The translations under genes and the position numbers were made by a program. 64,000 nt of DNA, taken from the NCBI RefSeq assembly GCF_016433145.1, contig NC_058130.1, positions 776,208,791-776,272,790 of the forward strand. Direction: 5' to 3'. Positions within the stretch are counted from its first letter, which is position 1; the number at the start of each line of letters is the position of its first letter. Under the pieces are notes generated by a model. The model was not told the origin of the DNA. It ran no database searches and saw only the letters and a program-made list of their open reading frames with translations. Below are positions 38,095-52,000 of this stretch, piece by piece. The stretch comes from Gracilinanus agilis. Taxonomy: Eukaryota.

Positions 38095-39155
38095 TAACTA
38101 GAATTCTATCAAACATTTAAAGAACAACTAATCCCAATACTATACAAACTAGTTGACAAAATAAGCAAAGGAGTCTTACCAAATTCTTTTTATGACACAA
38201 ATATGGTACTGATACCTAAGCCAGGAAGACCAAAAAAAGAAAGAAAACTATAGACCAATCTCCTTAATGAACATAGATGCAAAAATCTTAAATAAAATAC
38301 TAGCAAAAAGATTATAGGAAGTTAACACAAGGATTACTTGCTGTGATCAGATGGGATTTATATCAGGAATGTGAGGCTGGTTTAATATTAGGAAAACCAT
38401 CCACAAAATTGACCATATCAATAACCAAACTAACAGAAATCACAATTATCTCAGTAGATGCAGAAAAAGCCTTTGAGAAAATTCAACTCCCATTTCTATT
38501 GAAAACAGTAGAAGGTATAGGAATAAAAGGGCCTTTCTTCAAAATAATAAGCAGTATTTATTGCTTATTACCATCAACAACTATCATCTGCAATGGGAAT
38601 AAGTTAGGAACCTTCCCACTAAGATCAGGAGTGAAGTAAAGATGCCCATTATCACCACTATTATTTAATATCATACTAGTAATGCTAGCTTTAGCAATTA
38701 GAGAATAAAAAGAAATTGAAGAGATTAAAGTAGGCACTGAGGAAACTAAACTATCACTCTTTGCAGATGATATACTTAGAGAATCCTAGAAAAATCAATT
38801 AAAAAGTTAGTGAAAATAATAACTTTAGCAAAGTTACAGGATATAAAATAAATCCTCCTGAGTCATTGGCATTTCTATGTATTTCCAACAAAGCCTTGCA
38901 GCAAGAGTTAGAAAGAGAAATTCCATTTAACATCACTCTAGACAATATTAAATATTTGGGAATCTCTCTGCCAAGACAAACATAGGAATTATATGAGTAC
39001 AACTACAAAACACTTCACACAATGAAATTAGATCTAAACAGTTAGAAAAACATTAATTGCTAATCGATAGGATGATTTAATATTATAAAAATGACAATCC
39101 TGCCTAAATTAGTTTACTTATTCAGTGTCATATCTTTCAAACTATCCAAAACTTT
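38095..39155 (+). mobile_element. LINE-1 ORF2 RT-domain fragment, resumes at 40151-40192
   Basis: Reads [16 protein letters not shown]...[17 protein letters not shown]...[21 protein letters not shown], with frameshifts. Confidence 0.95.
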
Positions 39156-40150
39156 AAAGAAAATTTTTTTAAATTTAGAATATTTTCCCCATGGTTGCAT
39201 GATTCATGGTATTGTATGTGTGTTCCCCACCTTCCAACCCCCCCCCCCCCCATTTTCTCCCCACTCCTGGATCTGACAAGGAATTCCACTGGATTATATG
39301 TGGGTCATTTTTCAAAACCCATTTCCATGTTATTCATATTTGTAGAGCGATCTTTTAACACCAGAATCCCAATTGTGTCCCCATTGAACCACATCATCAA
39401 ACCGCTATGTTTTCCTTCTGTGTTTCTGCTCCCACAGTTCTTTCTCTGGATGTGGATAACATTTTTTCTCATAAGTTCCTCTGAATTGTCCTGGGTCATT
39501 GCATTGCTGCTAGTAGAGAAACCTATTACATTTGATTGTGCCACAATGTATCAGTTTCTGTGTATATGGTTCTCCTGGTTCTGCTCCTTTCACTCTGCAT
39601 CAATTCCTGGAGGACTTTCCACTTCACATGGAATTCCTCCAGTTCTTTATTCCTTTGAGCACAATAGTATTCCATCACCAGAAGACATCACAATTTGTTC
39701 AGCCATTACCCAATCGATGGATACTCCCTCATTTTCCAATTTTTTGCCACCACAAATATTTTTGTATAAGTTTTTCCCTTATTATTTTTTGGGGGTACAA
39801 ACCCAGCAGTGGTGTGACTGGGTCAAAGAGCAGGCATTCCTTTAAAGCCCTTTGCGCCTAGTTCCAAATTGCCCTCTAGAATGGTTGGACCAATTCACAA
39901 CTCCACCAGCAGTATATTAGTGTCCCAATTTTGCCACATCCCCTCCAACATTTATCACTTTCCTTTGCTGCTATATTGACAATCTGTTGGGTGTAAGGTG
40001 GTACCTCAAAGTTGTTTTAACTTGCATTTCTCTAATCAGGAAGGATTTAGAATACTTTTTCACGTGATTACTGATGATTTTGAATTTCATCATGTGAAAA
40101 CTACCTATTCATGTCCCTTGACCATTTGTTGATTGGGAAATAGCTTGATT
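39156..40150 (-). mobile_element. 5'-truncated LINE-1 nested in the older L1
   Basis: Antisense 3' UTR/ORF2 end; TSD TCCAAAACTTT (39145-39155) / TCCAAAAAACTTT (40151-40163). Confidence 0.9.
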
Positions 40151-43021
40151 TCCAAAAAACTTTTTTATAGCATTAGAAAAAAATAATAACAATATATACA
40201 TCACACTAAAATTTATTCATATATCTCTAAATTACATTTAATAGGGGAAATGACACAGAATATTTGACCTGGAAAAAGAAGACTTGAGACTTGGGTGGGA
40301 AGGCACATGATATTAATAGACTTAGTTAGGCCTCTTTAGTGTTGTCCTATTTGGCTACAAAAGGCAGACCTTGGGAAGGGAAGTTGCAAAGAGGCACATT
40401 TAGTTTATATGTAAAAAAACAAAACCCTTCTTAACAATCAGTTTCTTTTATCTAGGCTCCCCCTCACTTGAGGTGTTCATGCAAAGGTGAGCCACCACTT
40501 GCCAGATACATGGTTGAGGAGGGATAGGTTGGCCTGAATGGTCTCTTAGCTTTCCTACCCAAAGGTTCTGGGATTACTTGAGGGCAGTGTCTATGTGTGT
40601 TTTCCCCCCAGTTTTTTCTCCCTAGTCCCTTTAAACATAGTAGATTCCTTTCAGCTTTAAATCTGTGATTCCCTAATCTTATGGTTAGGGTTCCTGGACT
40701 AGAATAGAAGACTCAGAGTGGATCTTAGCAGGATATTGGTCCATTTTACAGATGAAATGGATAAGAGGAGAAATTCAAAAGGGTGAAAAGCCAAGAGTTA
40801 AAGTTTACATATACCAGGTGTGGTGTTGAAATTGGATTCTTCTTTTGGAAAGGGTACAAATTTAGTTGTGGCCTGAGGACTAGAAGGACTTGATGGCCTT
40901 GAGGGAAATTTGGTTAAGAGGAAGTAGAGAGACAGGTAGATGTGGGTATAAGCCCCAAAAGAAACTTCCTGATTGATGCTCGACTGGGGGGGGGGCAGTA
41001 GGTGGTACACTGGCCACAGGCTTGGTAAGGAAGGTTAACCCTGCTGGTTTTGAGATGGAAGCTGTTGTTAAAGCATTTGGAAGAATCCTATCTAAAGAGA
41101 TGAATGAATAAAACATTTATTAATCACTTACCATATGCAATGATGAGATGAAGATAGGCCAAGAGCAGAGAAAGGTTTTCTGGTAGCTGAGACCATGTTG
41201 AATTACTTAGTTCCCTGAGTAAGTGGTTATAGAGAAAGATATTTAAGATCCATGTTCCTTAGTTATTGCTAAAAAGTGATTTGTAAAAAATCTATAACTG
41301 TCAGACACTAGCGGCAGGAAAAAGACAAATGAGAGGAGTGAACTAGCCCTTGTGATTCATTAGGATGGTCACTGGTGCCAGTCGTGTGGAACAGAAAAAT
41401 CCCTTTATTTCTGGTGGATTCTGGAGCAGGAATGACAAAGGGCCAGATTTTATCACCTAGGAAGAAAGATGAAGCTCCCCCAATGCAAGGCTCATTCATG
41501 ACTCTTCTGGCTAGGAGACATTCTTATTTGGAGCCTCTCCTGCTCTCCTCCACTGAGAAAGACCAATCCAGGAGGAAGGAGGCGGATGGCTTTTCCCAGC
41601 AACAAGATGTAGCCCTGCGGCTTTGAAGTTTAAGCTCTAGAGATACAAGGAGCCGCTGCCTTTGTGGTGTGTCCATACCGATACCTCCCCATTAATCCGG
41701 AGAGTGTCAGTTTGAGACAGGCATTAGTGCTTTCTGCATCCTCTGTGGTTAATTAGAATAGATTTTAATGGAATTCATTAGCAAGTTGCTACCCAGGACT
41801 TGTAAAGCAGTAAAATCATTATAACTCTTCCTATTGTGCTTAACTTGTAACCTAAGGTAGTCAGCATCTGTTTTACTTGGCTTTTTAAAATGAGAAAATC
41901 ATGCGTGTTGTTGATATATTTGAATTTTAAAGTAAAATGGGAAGTCTAGATGGTGGAAAAGACTCAGCCTGGAGATCTGGATTCAAGTCCCCCCTTTGCC
42001 ATTTACTGCACATGTGACTTTTGGGCAAGTCACTTGATCTTTTTCCTCCATTTTATTTGTAAATGAGGGAGGTTCTATTAGATAGCTTCCAAATTTCCTT
42101 TCCAGACTTAAATCTATGCTCCTGTGGTCCAATGTTCGGTCACCGTGGGCTACCAAAGACCCAAAGGCATGGATTTGGTAAATGGACGAGATCTCTGTTG
42201 AGAACTTGGATACACTGGGGAGTCAGCTACACGAACTCCTTCTGTCGATAATATCTGTGCCTGAGCTGACCTTTAATCAGATCTGTGACAAATGCCATAG
42301 CAGCTTGGGAGCTTATTATAAAAGCCCTGGGAAGGGAATATTGAAAAAGACTTGGGTGGCTTCTCTGCTGGGCCCACCTGTTCAGTAAAATAGTTGGGTT
42401 CAGGGTTAAGGCTCCCTGGCAAAGCCCCGGTGTATCCATGTTCTGTCCTTTGGGCCTCGAGGCCTTTATCTGTGGGGACGCTGTGGGGTGTGTTGCCCAT
42501 TAGGAGAGAGCTGAGAGCGCGATTGGAGAACGGAGGTTTGGAGAGATCGATCTGAAATAGCTGCCTGGAGCTCCCATTCAGCAGCTGCCGCCCGGCTCCC
42601 CCCTCTGAGCCCTGCCTGTGCCCATCCCTCCCAGGAAAGAGCTTGTCAATCCAAGCCTGCCCCATCCATCTTCAGGCAGCCGCAGCACGTTCCCCCGGAG
42701 AACATGGCTTCAGGGCTCCCCTAGACTCTCAGGGGCCTCTGTCCTTAGAGTGGTTAGAAAGGAGAGCTCCCCCGCCCGCCGGCATCCAAACGGGGCGCCT
42801 GTTTGTCTCCGCCTGGTCTCCGGCTTCTGCGTTCCTCTGGCTGTCTGACCCCGTCTCTGCCCGCTGCCAGGGCATGCCTTCCTCCTGTCGGGCACCCCCA
42901 GCTTCAAGAGCCCTTTCCTCATTTCCCCAAGTATTTCAGGGTTCTCCCTACCCCCAAGTCCTTGTGCATCGATTTTGTGTACAGCCTGCATTTATCCATC
43001 TGCGAAGATGTGGTACACCAC

Positions 43022-43260
43022 GGCAGCCCAAGCTGCCGCAGCGGATAGAGCACCCAGCCACGGTCAGGAAGACTTGAGCCTTCCTAGCTAGGTGACCCTG
43101 GGCAAGTCACTTAACCTTTGCCTGCCTTCGTTTCCTCACTGGTAAAATGGGATAATAATAGCTCCTACCTCCCAGAGTTGTGAAGCTCAAAGGAGATCCT
43201 AATTGTAGAGCTCTTAGTCCAATGTCTGGCCCTGCGTAAGCGCCCTATCAGTGTTAGCCA
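43022..43260 (+). mobile_element. MIR/Mar1 SINE (GC-shifted copy)
   Basis: Head ggcagcccaagctgccgcagcggatagagcac; CORE gtgaccctgggcaagtcacttaacc. Confidence 0.8.
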
Positions 43261-44639
43261 TGATTCCTGTCAACCCCTCCTCCGCCCCAGAAGCATGGAA
43301 TAGAAGCTCCTCGAGGGCAAGGCCTGGGGGTCACCTCTTTGTGTCCCCAGTGCTCCCTCCTGAAGGCTCTGAAGAAGCCCGACAGAACAAGTCTGTACAA
43401 GACGTTCTTGCCTTGGTCCAGAAAGGGCAGTGGCAATGGCCTGCATGTGGTGCTTGGACCCCAACTCGCTGAGCCCAGCACGGGCCGGGCCGGCATCAGA
43501 TCCATTAGCCTGTTGGCCGCTTGAGAGCAGACTCTTTTCTCCTTTTCTTTTTATTCCCACACTCAGCACAGTGCTTGGCAAATCAGACGTGCAGTTAACA
43601 AACTCGCTGTTTCGTAAGCATCTTGTAAAAGAAGTTTTTAAAAAGAAGAGCAGAATGGAATTGGGGCAAGGCCTGAAGGAGAAGCCTATCCAGGGTGGAA
43701 ATGTTGGTTGTACACAGATACTTTAACAGTAACGCTGGTGCTTTATTTCTGAAAGATATCGGTCTTTGCTGCATTTGAGGCAACAGTCCTGGGAACACGG
43801 AATAAATGGGTTTTTCTTCATTTGCTGCATGGCTTCAGGCCTCGAGGCAGCACCGCAGAGGAGCTGCTTATGCTGTTCTTCAGATGGGAAGTGTGTGTGG
43901 CACAGTGGCCTCTCCAGTGCATTCTTTACACCCATTTTTGTCCCCAACATCATAATAACATCTGGTATTTGGGATAGCCCTCGAAGTGTCACAAATCTTT
44001 CTATAACACTGCATCCATTCCCTCTCCCAATATCCTTGGGAAGTAGGCACTATTTTTAGAGATCTCCATTTTTACAAATGAGGAAATTGAGGCTCAGATA
44101 GGTTTACTTCTTTGCTTAGGGCCCACATAGCTAGTGAAATGTCTGAGGGAAGATTTGAACCCAGGTCTTCATGATTAAATGCAGGTCACTATCCATTTTG
44201 TGCAATGATGTCTCTATGTCAGGTTAAGTTTTTTTTCCTCCATGATATGATTAACTTATAAGGCTTGATGATCTCTTCTTTCTTCGATCTGTCAATCGTT
44301 GGTGGAGGGGAGCAGGATCGTACAATAGGATAGGTTTAGTCATTTTATATAGCTTCTCTACTTCCTGACAGAGAGGTGACGAATTCAGGGGGCAGATTGA
44401 GACAAATGTTTTGGACATGGCAAATGGGGAAATTTGCTTTGCCTGATTATGCATATTTGTTGCAAAGGGTTTGCTTTTCTTTTTCTGTGGGGAAGGGGCA
44501 GCAGAGGAGGGTGAGAGAGACAGACAGGTTCAGAGGCAGATTTTCATTAATTGAAAAAAAAAAAAAACAACACCCATCTCTATTTGAGGGCTTTCCTAGA
44601 AGCCGCCTTCTGATGTCTCATTAAAAAAAAGTCAATTTA

Positions 44640-44950
44640 ATTATTATTTCTTCAATCACTGAAAATCATCCCTCCCTCCCACCTTCTCCCACTGAGAAAT
44701 AAAGAAAAACGAAACCCCTGTTACAAACATGTATAATCAAGCAAAAAAAAAAAATCCTCTCTTGACCAAGTCCAAAAGAATGTCTCCGCCTGCCCTGAGT
44801 CAGGAGGCAGGCGGCATGTTGTATCTTGAGTCCAGGAATGGGGCTTCGTGCTTCTGCCCGTCAGAGTTTGAAAGTCCTTAGGGTGACCTTGTTCGAGTAG
44901 AAATGATTCTCTGTGCTGCTCACTTTGCATCGAAGGGCTCGTGTGGCCCG
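44640..44950 (-). mobile_element. Old LINE-1 3' UTR (GC-shifted copy)
   Basis: cccctgttacaaacatgtataatcaagcaaaa is homologous to the copy at 63445-63560. Confidence 0.75.
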
Positions 44951-47900
44951 CAGAGAGCTTGAGGACGCCACCCTGGGCAGGGCTCACACTAGTCTAGGAC
45001 TTGTCGCCATTTCCATCATGGCCCTGCTGCAGAGAGCCCCTGAGCCCTGGGTTTGGGAAGGCCGTGTTGGCCGAGCCGTCCCCAGGAGGCTGGCCTGCAG
45101 AGCATGGGGACTCGCGAACCGTGCCAGTGGAAGGCATCCCTGCATCCCCCGTGCTGTGGGCTGCGCCCCCTCCCCATCCTCATCTTCCCTGCCTCCACCT
45201 CCACCTCCAGCGCCCTGGGGCTCCCTTCAAGGCTCCGATGGAGAGGCCCTGCTATCACTTCCCCTTCTCCAGTGAGGGAGCATTTATTTGGGGTCCGTCT
45301 TGTATACAGTTCTCTTTGACCGTGTTGTGGACCTGGTAATGGAACGCCCGATGTCTGTATTTGTAGCTGGCACCCAACAGGCACTTCATCAGTCGTGCTT
45401 TATCGATTGAGGCTGTGCATAAAGCCTGTTGTAATGGAGTGACCTCCGCCGCCTTTATGTCTGCGCTCTTGGCCATATCTGGGTCACCTTCTGCAAGGAA
45501 ATCTGATGGAGGGCCCTCGGCAGCCCCTCGGCAGCGCCGGTGCCGATGGCAGCGTGTGCTAGGGGTCACTGGGCTTGTGGGGCATACAGAAATGCTCGCC
45601 ATCAATGGCTCTGGTAGAGCCTCTTCTTCTCACAGAGATTCCTCCCATGGCTTCGAATGCCTAAAAGGCCTTTTCAGAGGCCCTAGGACCCTTAGCGCCT
45701 AGTTCTCAGGGACCCTGGGCCACTTTCCTGCTCCTTCCTTATGGAGTTGAAGGAGGGAAAAGGGACTCTACCTACATACATCTTCAGGCCAGAGTCTGAG
45801 ACCAGGATGGTCACTCAGAGAGAGCATTAGGTTTACAGGGAAGTTGTGGCTTTCTGGGAGGAAAAACTTTCTAACAGTTTTAGAGCTGGCCTGGAATGGA
45901 GGAAGCTTCAGTTTTCAACTGAAGGTGTGTGTTGTTGAGGGTCTTCCTGTACAGCTCCTGGTGGCCATGCACTATTGCAGAGTCCTTAAAGGAGGCAGAG
46001 GATCAGACTTATTTCAGAAGAGGAGAGGGGAGCAGGGAGAGAGTGGGGGGCTCCTGTACGGGTGGGAGGAATGTCTGCTAATGCCTAGAGCAGATGAGTT
46101 ACTCACAGATGGTGTCTTTGTGACCTTCACCATTTATTTCAGTGAATCTTTGTGCCAGGCTGTTATTATTCTCCATATTTATTTCATAAAATTAAATTCT
46201 TTCATCTAGTTGAATCTGAGTTGATCAAAAGGGAGAAAGGATTTCCTTTTTGGACCGGCCATCTGACTTGAGAAGGACTGTGGACCTTGGATGGGTCTTT
46301 CCAGTGCCTGTGGAGGGCCCAGATCCCTTGAAAGTAAAGCCTCGTCACTTAGTGACGCATAGTTGACATGGACTGTGTCTGCTGCTTCCGTCCCTAATAG
46401 GATTTGTGGGTTTCCTTGTTTTTCTCAGCTGGGCCCCCGAACAGACCAACATTAGTATGTAAAAATTCTCGTTATTAGTTGATGGGCCTGAGGACCAAGT
46501 CAAGATCCTATCTAGGTCAGGGTGTTTTGTGGATTTGATTGTAAAGTTCTGTGTACATATTATTTTCGCTCTTTTTTTTTAAAGCAAAGAAATATAGAGG
46601 AGTGCAGTAGGACTTCATTAATACAGTGTCTCAGTTGAGAATTCAAACTCAAGAAATCTGACTGAAATTCCCTTATTAACTGTATCTTAGTGATGTTATG
46701 CATAAAACTTGTCCCCACTGTCTACTGTAATAGCAGGTACCAGGCTGATGCTATGGATGTGATCCCACATGTTGGTTAGCTTAGGGACATTCCTCCTTTG
46801 AGCATCGTGGCCCTTGGTGCTCACCTTCTCTCACGTTGACTTTTTAATGTTTACATTTTCTTGCCAAACAGCCATTTGTTTATGTTATGGGCTGAGTTTT
46901 GTTTTGTTTTGTTTTGATTTGTTTTGTTGTTCAAAAATAAAACACTGTTTCAGTAAAGTCTGTTCCCTGGGATTAAAGTGTGCCGGGACTAGAGTTTTAT
47001 TTGTTAAAAGACTTCATGGAAATGAAACTTTCTACTGCTTCCCTTTATTTAAAATCGCTCCTCTTACAACTCTCTGAGCTCTGTGAGCCAGAGAATAGAC
47101 AGAAAAGACTGGACCGAGGGTACCTGGGATGATCTTCTTTCTGGGGAGCGCCGTCTCTTTGGCTGCTTTGGCTGCCTGGTCATAAGGGCAGGAGCAGGGA
47201 TCTGGCCCTTTCCTAGTGAGGCCCAGAGGACCCCGAACCCCCTGAGTGATAGTGAAGAGAGCACAGCTCATTGTAAGAACCCTTTCAAGGTCAGCTTTTA
47301 GCAAAGTCAGTCAGCAGCAGCAAGCGTTTATTAGCACCCACTATGTGCCAAGCATTGTGCCAAACCCTGGAGATACAAAGAGAGGCACAGTAGCCCCTGC
47401 CCTCGAGGAGCTTCTGGCAAGTGGAAGAGCTTGGACACTTGAGGCTTTTGAAAAATGTCTTTCCTTTTTGTTTAGAATCCTAAACAGTTATTATCCCTTG
47501 TCCCACTTGGTGTCCCAGGGGGTGCAGGGGCATCTTTTTCAGTGATTACCATCAAGCGTCCAGAGGGATAGCCAGCTCTGCAGTGGCCTCCTTGTCCAGA
47601 AGTTGCCACACTGACCCTGCATCCCCTCATTCAGGGAGGCTTTCCCGTGGTGGGACTTCTCTCGCTTTGGAATCTTGTAGGCAGAGCACAGTGCTTTTCT
47701 CCTGGAGAAGCCTTGGGATGGAGCCTTGGTTGATTTTAACAGGGTTAGCCACAAGAGGGTAGCAGTGACTAAAGCTGAGGAAGGAGTGAGTCCTTCCTTA
47801 ATGCTGACAGCCTTGCAGGTGGCAGGGAGGTCTGGGCCAGGCCCTTTTGTTTCAGAAAGAAAACCACACACAATCTCAGGTTCTTAAGATTTTGGAATTA

Positions 47901-48721
47901 CTGGGTTGGTTTTAAGTAAGACACTTCACATTTCTGATTCTATTTTCCTGATCTGGAGTAGGTGGCCTTTAAGGTCCTGCCAATCCTGATTGGTTCTAAG
48001 CCCTTCCCCATCCGATCCCTCTTGGTCCTTTGTTTGATAACTTTCTAATATACCTTGTCACATTACAGGGCTTAGTATTGGTGCCGTATGTCTCCCCACT
48101 AGAGGGGGATGGGGACTCTATTTTATTTAACCTTCATTTTTCTATAGCCTTCTGGGCACTGTAAGTGCTTAGATATTAGTTGCCTTTTATTCTTGTACAA
48201 AACTGTCTTTTTACCCTCCACACGTAGGACTGTCTCAACTAGCATGTATTCAATTCCCACTGGAGGGCTACAGAGTCAAAATATAAAATAATAGGACCAG
48301 TGGTTAAAACCAGCTATTTAGTGCTGAAACTTAGCATTTTTAATTTCCCATAATCACAGGGCAGGGATGATTTTAAAAATATTGAACCGATGTCTCTGAA
48401 AGCTAAGAATCTCATGGACCATATTCGACTCACCCGAAGGCTTGTTTGTATGTACTTGTTGTTCTTGGCACTTTTGGAAATGTGTGATCTGCAAAGAAAT
48501 GTCCCCAGGAGGTTCTCAGTATATTTGCATTATAGTTATTAAATCATTATACTTCAAGTGCTGTTTTCCACCTATAGTAGCCAACCTCCTTTGTACAGTA
48601 TTGGTGGGAAAATTCGTTTTGTGTTCTGTGTTCACCAGCCGTCTTAATTTGAGTTTTGTACTTTGAAATCGATAATACAGAGAAAAGATCTTAGGACTGG
48701 CTGAATGAGAGAAGAGTCTGA

Positions 48722-48877
<156 letters not shown>

Positions 48878-49574
48878 TGAGCTGGAAATGGGGGAGCCAA
48901 AAGGCTGGCTTCATCCCAGCTCTTTTACTGGGCAGATCTCTATTTTATATTTATCTGTCAGGTGAGAATCTCCTTTATACAGACCCTCAGAGGAGAGCAA
49001 AAGGCTCTTCTTGGAAATCCTCCAGGTTTTCCCCTGCTCACAGGTTCTACTGCTCAAGTCATATAAACCAAGGTGAAATTAGTGCTGTCCTGGTTTGTTT
49101 ATTCAGTATTGCCAGGCTGCTGACGATTGCCTTTAGGTCTTTTAATCAATCAAGCCACTCATTTGCCTTTGAAAACAAAAATTCTTTTCCACATATGTTG
49201 TTGCAGGTTATGTGTTTAAAAGGCCACAGCAGGGCTTCTACTATTCTGCAGGGTTTTTAAATTTAAGCAAATTTTTTAACTTAAAATCAGATTGGAATCC
49301 AAGGGAATAGAGTTCTCTTGATAGCATTCAGTGCAATGACCATTTCTGTAATAGGCTGACTGAGACAGGAGAAATTGTGTTTCTCTAGCATTTTGGACAC
49401 GGTCTGAAATAGCAGGCGATGCCTTGAAGAATTTCTCACTCCTCTCTCTTGAGGGCATTTGGGAACAGGGCCTTTTGCTTTATATCCCCAACTCTTAAAA
49501 AATGGCTGCACTAATTCTGTGCCTAACACTCCAGGAGCTTTTTTCATTTTATTTTCTGTCTTAACTTCTAAACT

Positions 49575-49578
<4 letters not shown>

Positions 49579-49620
<42 letters not shown>
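49579..49620. repeat. (GT)21 microsatellite in NF2 intron 2
   Basis: Seen directly. Confidence 0.98.
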
Positions 49621-49622
<2 letters not shown>

Positions 49623-50504
49623 ATTTGTGTATACACATACATATCTATTCATGTGAATTGACATCTTGGAGTCCCTTGCAGTTATAAACATAGCAAGACA
49701 GAATTCACAGCAAGGACTCTTGAAAGGTGGCTGAACTGGGTGGTGATGCATTGACTCGGGATTTATATCTAATTTGGGCATTTCTCCATTGAGTTTGAGC
49801 AAGAGAATTGTATACCCAAAAAGCTGTAGAACTTTTCTTTGGCTCCTTTTGTGGTTCTAAACAAAGTGAGTTTAAATTATGCCTGACTGCTAGGAAAATG
49901 GATGATGGATTGAGGGCATAGGAGCTATAGAGTCTGCTGCTCAGAGGAAATAAATTATGACAGGTTAATAGAACTTTGTAGTATGCAGCATGACACGTTT
50001 GTGTCCTGAATGCAAAAGCAAGCAGGTGCTCAACATTTGGGGAGGTTGTGGATGGGGTTGCCAGATTGGCTCGGGGCTCTGGTTCCTAGACTGGGGCCTA
50101 CAGAACTCCAGTGTTCCCTGAAATATCTCAGGAGTTTGCTCTAGAGGCAATGGTCATGCCTTTTTCTGTTCTGGCAATTACCTGCAGGTTCCAGCCCAAT
50201 ACATGGACTAAGGTTGAGCAGGAGAAAGCCATGCTCCAGGAGTCCTCCAACCCTTGACGTGGCTCGAACCAGGCCTACCACAAGCTGGCAGGTTTATTGC
50301 CATGATTTCTGACCTGGAAGACATCTTAGAGCTGTAATTGGAACAAAAGAGGATTGGTTTTTCTCCACTTCCTTTCTTTAAAAAAAAAAAAAGCCACATT
50401 CCTTGAGGTCCTAGAGAGTCATTTAGCTCAGTGACAGCAATGTGGAGTGAACATTTGGAGCCGTTTTTGCAGTGTTGTGCATACTCTGTGTTGCCGAGTC
50501 ATAG

Positions 50505-50753
<249 letters not shown>

Positions 50754-51049
50754 TAGTGTATCCCTTCTTTCTCCTTTACCTCTGAGATCAATGTCCCTCT
50801 TAGGATGTTTTACAGATTGCCTGTCTGATTGCAAAAATACCTGCCCCTGGAAATCAGCAGAACAAACCCTTAAACTCCTTACAGGAAGAGTCTTTAGAGC
50901 AATCTTAACCTTTGAATCGAGACCACGTGGGACCATAGGATTCAGGGCTTGAGTCCTTTGGAGGCCGTCCAGTCCGTGCCCCTCATTTAACATTGAGGCC
51001 CAGAAGGGGGTTAGAGATTTGCCCATTTGCTCCTAGTCTGTAAATATCA

Positions 51050-52000
51050 TTTAGGAGATCATCAGAATAAAGATGATAATTAAATCTATGATTACTGATG
51101 AGGTGACCATAAGGGAAGGTATAAAGAGAAAGGAGAAGAGGACCTGGGACAGAGATGTGGGCTGTCCCCAGAGTTAAAGAGCCTGATGAGGTGATGAAAG
51201 AGGAAAGGCATCTGCTAAGAAGGAGTTAAGACCCACAGGTAGGAGGAGAATGAGGAGGCTAGACAGGTAACCACCTTGGGGAGTGAGATAAGGGATCTGC
51301 CGAGAGAAGTGAAAGGGTCGCCCACTTGAGAAGAGTTAACAAGTTTGGTCCGGGTATCTTGGTCTGGCTCTGTAGAAGAGTGCCTAAGTGGCAGCGGAGG
51401 TGAGTGAGCACAAAGATGAGGCCAGGCTGGGGCTTGGCAGAGTAGGAGGGTTGATAGGCTGGGTCTTAGAGAGAAGGGAACAGAGTAGAGATGACTGAGT
51501 TAAAAGTGGTGTCACTGTTGGGGACAGAGGGATGGGAGTCAGGGCACTGGTCAGAGTCTAAGCCATGGTGAGATTGGAGCCACAGTGAGGAGAGGGGCAG
51601 ATTGGATGGCAGGAGAGGCATGTGGAGAATATGTTGCCTGCATGTGACACATCTAGGAAGACTCCTTTGAGGAGGTGGCTTTGGAAGGATGAGGAGGGGT
51701 TCCTCAGACAAACTGCCAGAGAAGGACATTCCCCATCCAGGTTACAGTGTGAGCAAAGATAGAAAAGGGCAGGACATCTTGGACATACAGCCAAAAGTAG
51801 ATTAGGACCAGCATGGAAGACGTAGAGAAGCAGAGGCTGGGGAATGACTGTGCCAGCTGGTGGTACTAGGGATGGCATGAGGGCCAGGACTGCAAAGCAG
51901 ATGGCCATGGGAGCCACTGAAGATGTTTGGAACAGAGGCACCTGCTGGCCACTTCTTTGCTTTTTTTGGCCAGATATTTGAAATAATTGGCATGGGGAGC
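51050..52000 (-). mobile_element. LINE-2 fragments in intron 3
   Basis: agatgataattaaatctatg...gatgaggtgacc and purine-rich L2 body. Confidence 0.6.

Noticed and set aside
39195-39845. Longest ORF in the track (216 aa)
   Set aside because: Antisense reading of an L1 3' UTR/ORF2 end; similar peptides recur at 10909, 15879 and 16066.
38095-40150. Twin-priming inverted L1
   Set aside because: The sense piece abuts the poly-A end and resumes beyond a TSD, so this is a nested insertion.
42421-43080. CpG-rich patch as the NF2 exon 1/main promoter
   Set aside because: No frame encodes [20 protein letters not shown], and much of the patch is repeat-derived.
49287-49802. 171-aa - strand ORF with a THTHTH tract
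   Set aside because: Produced by the (GT)21 microsatellite.
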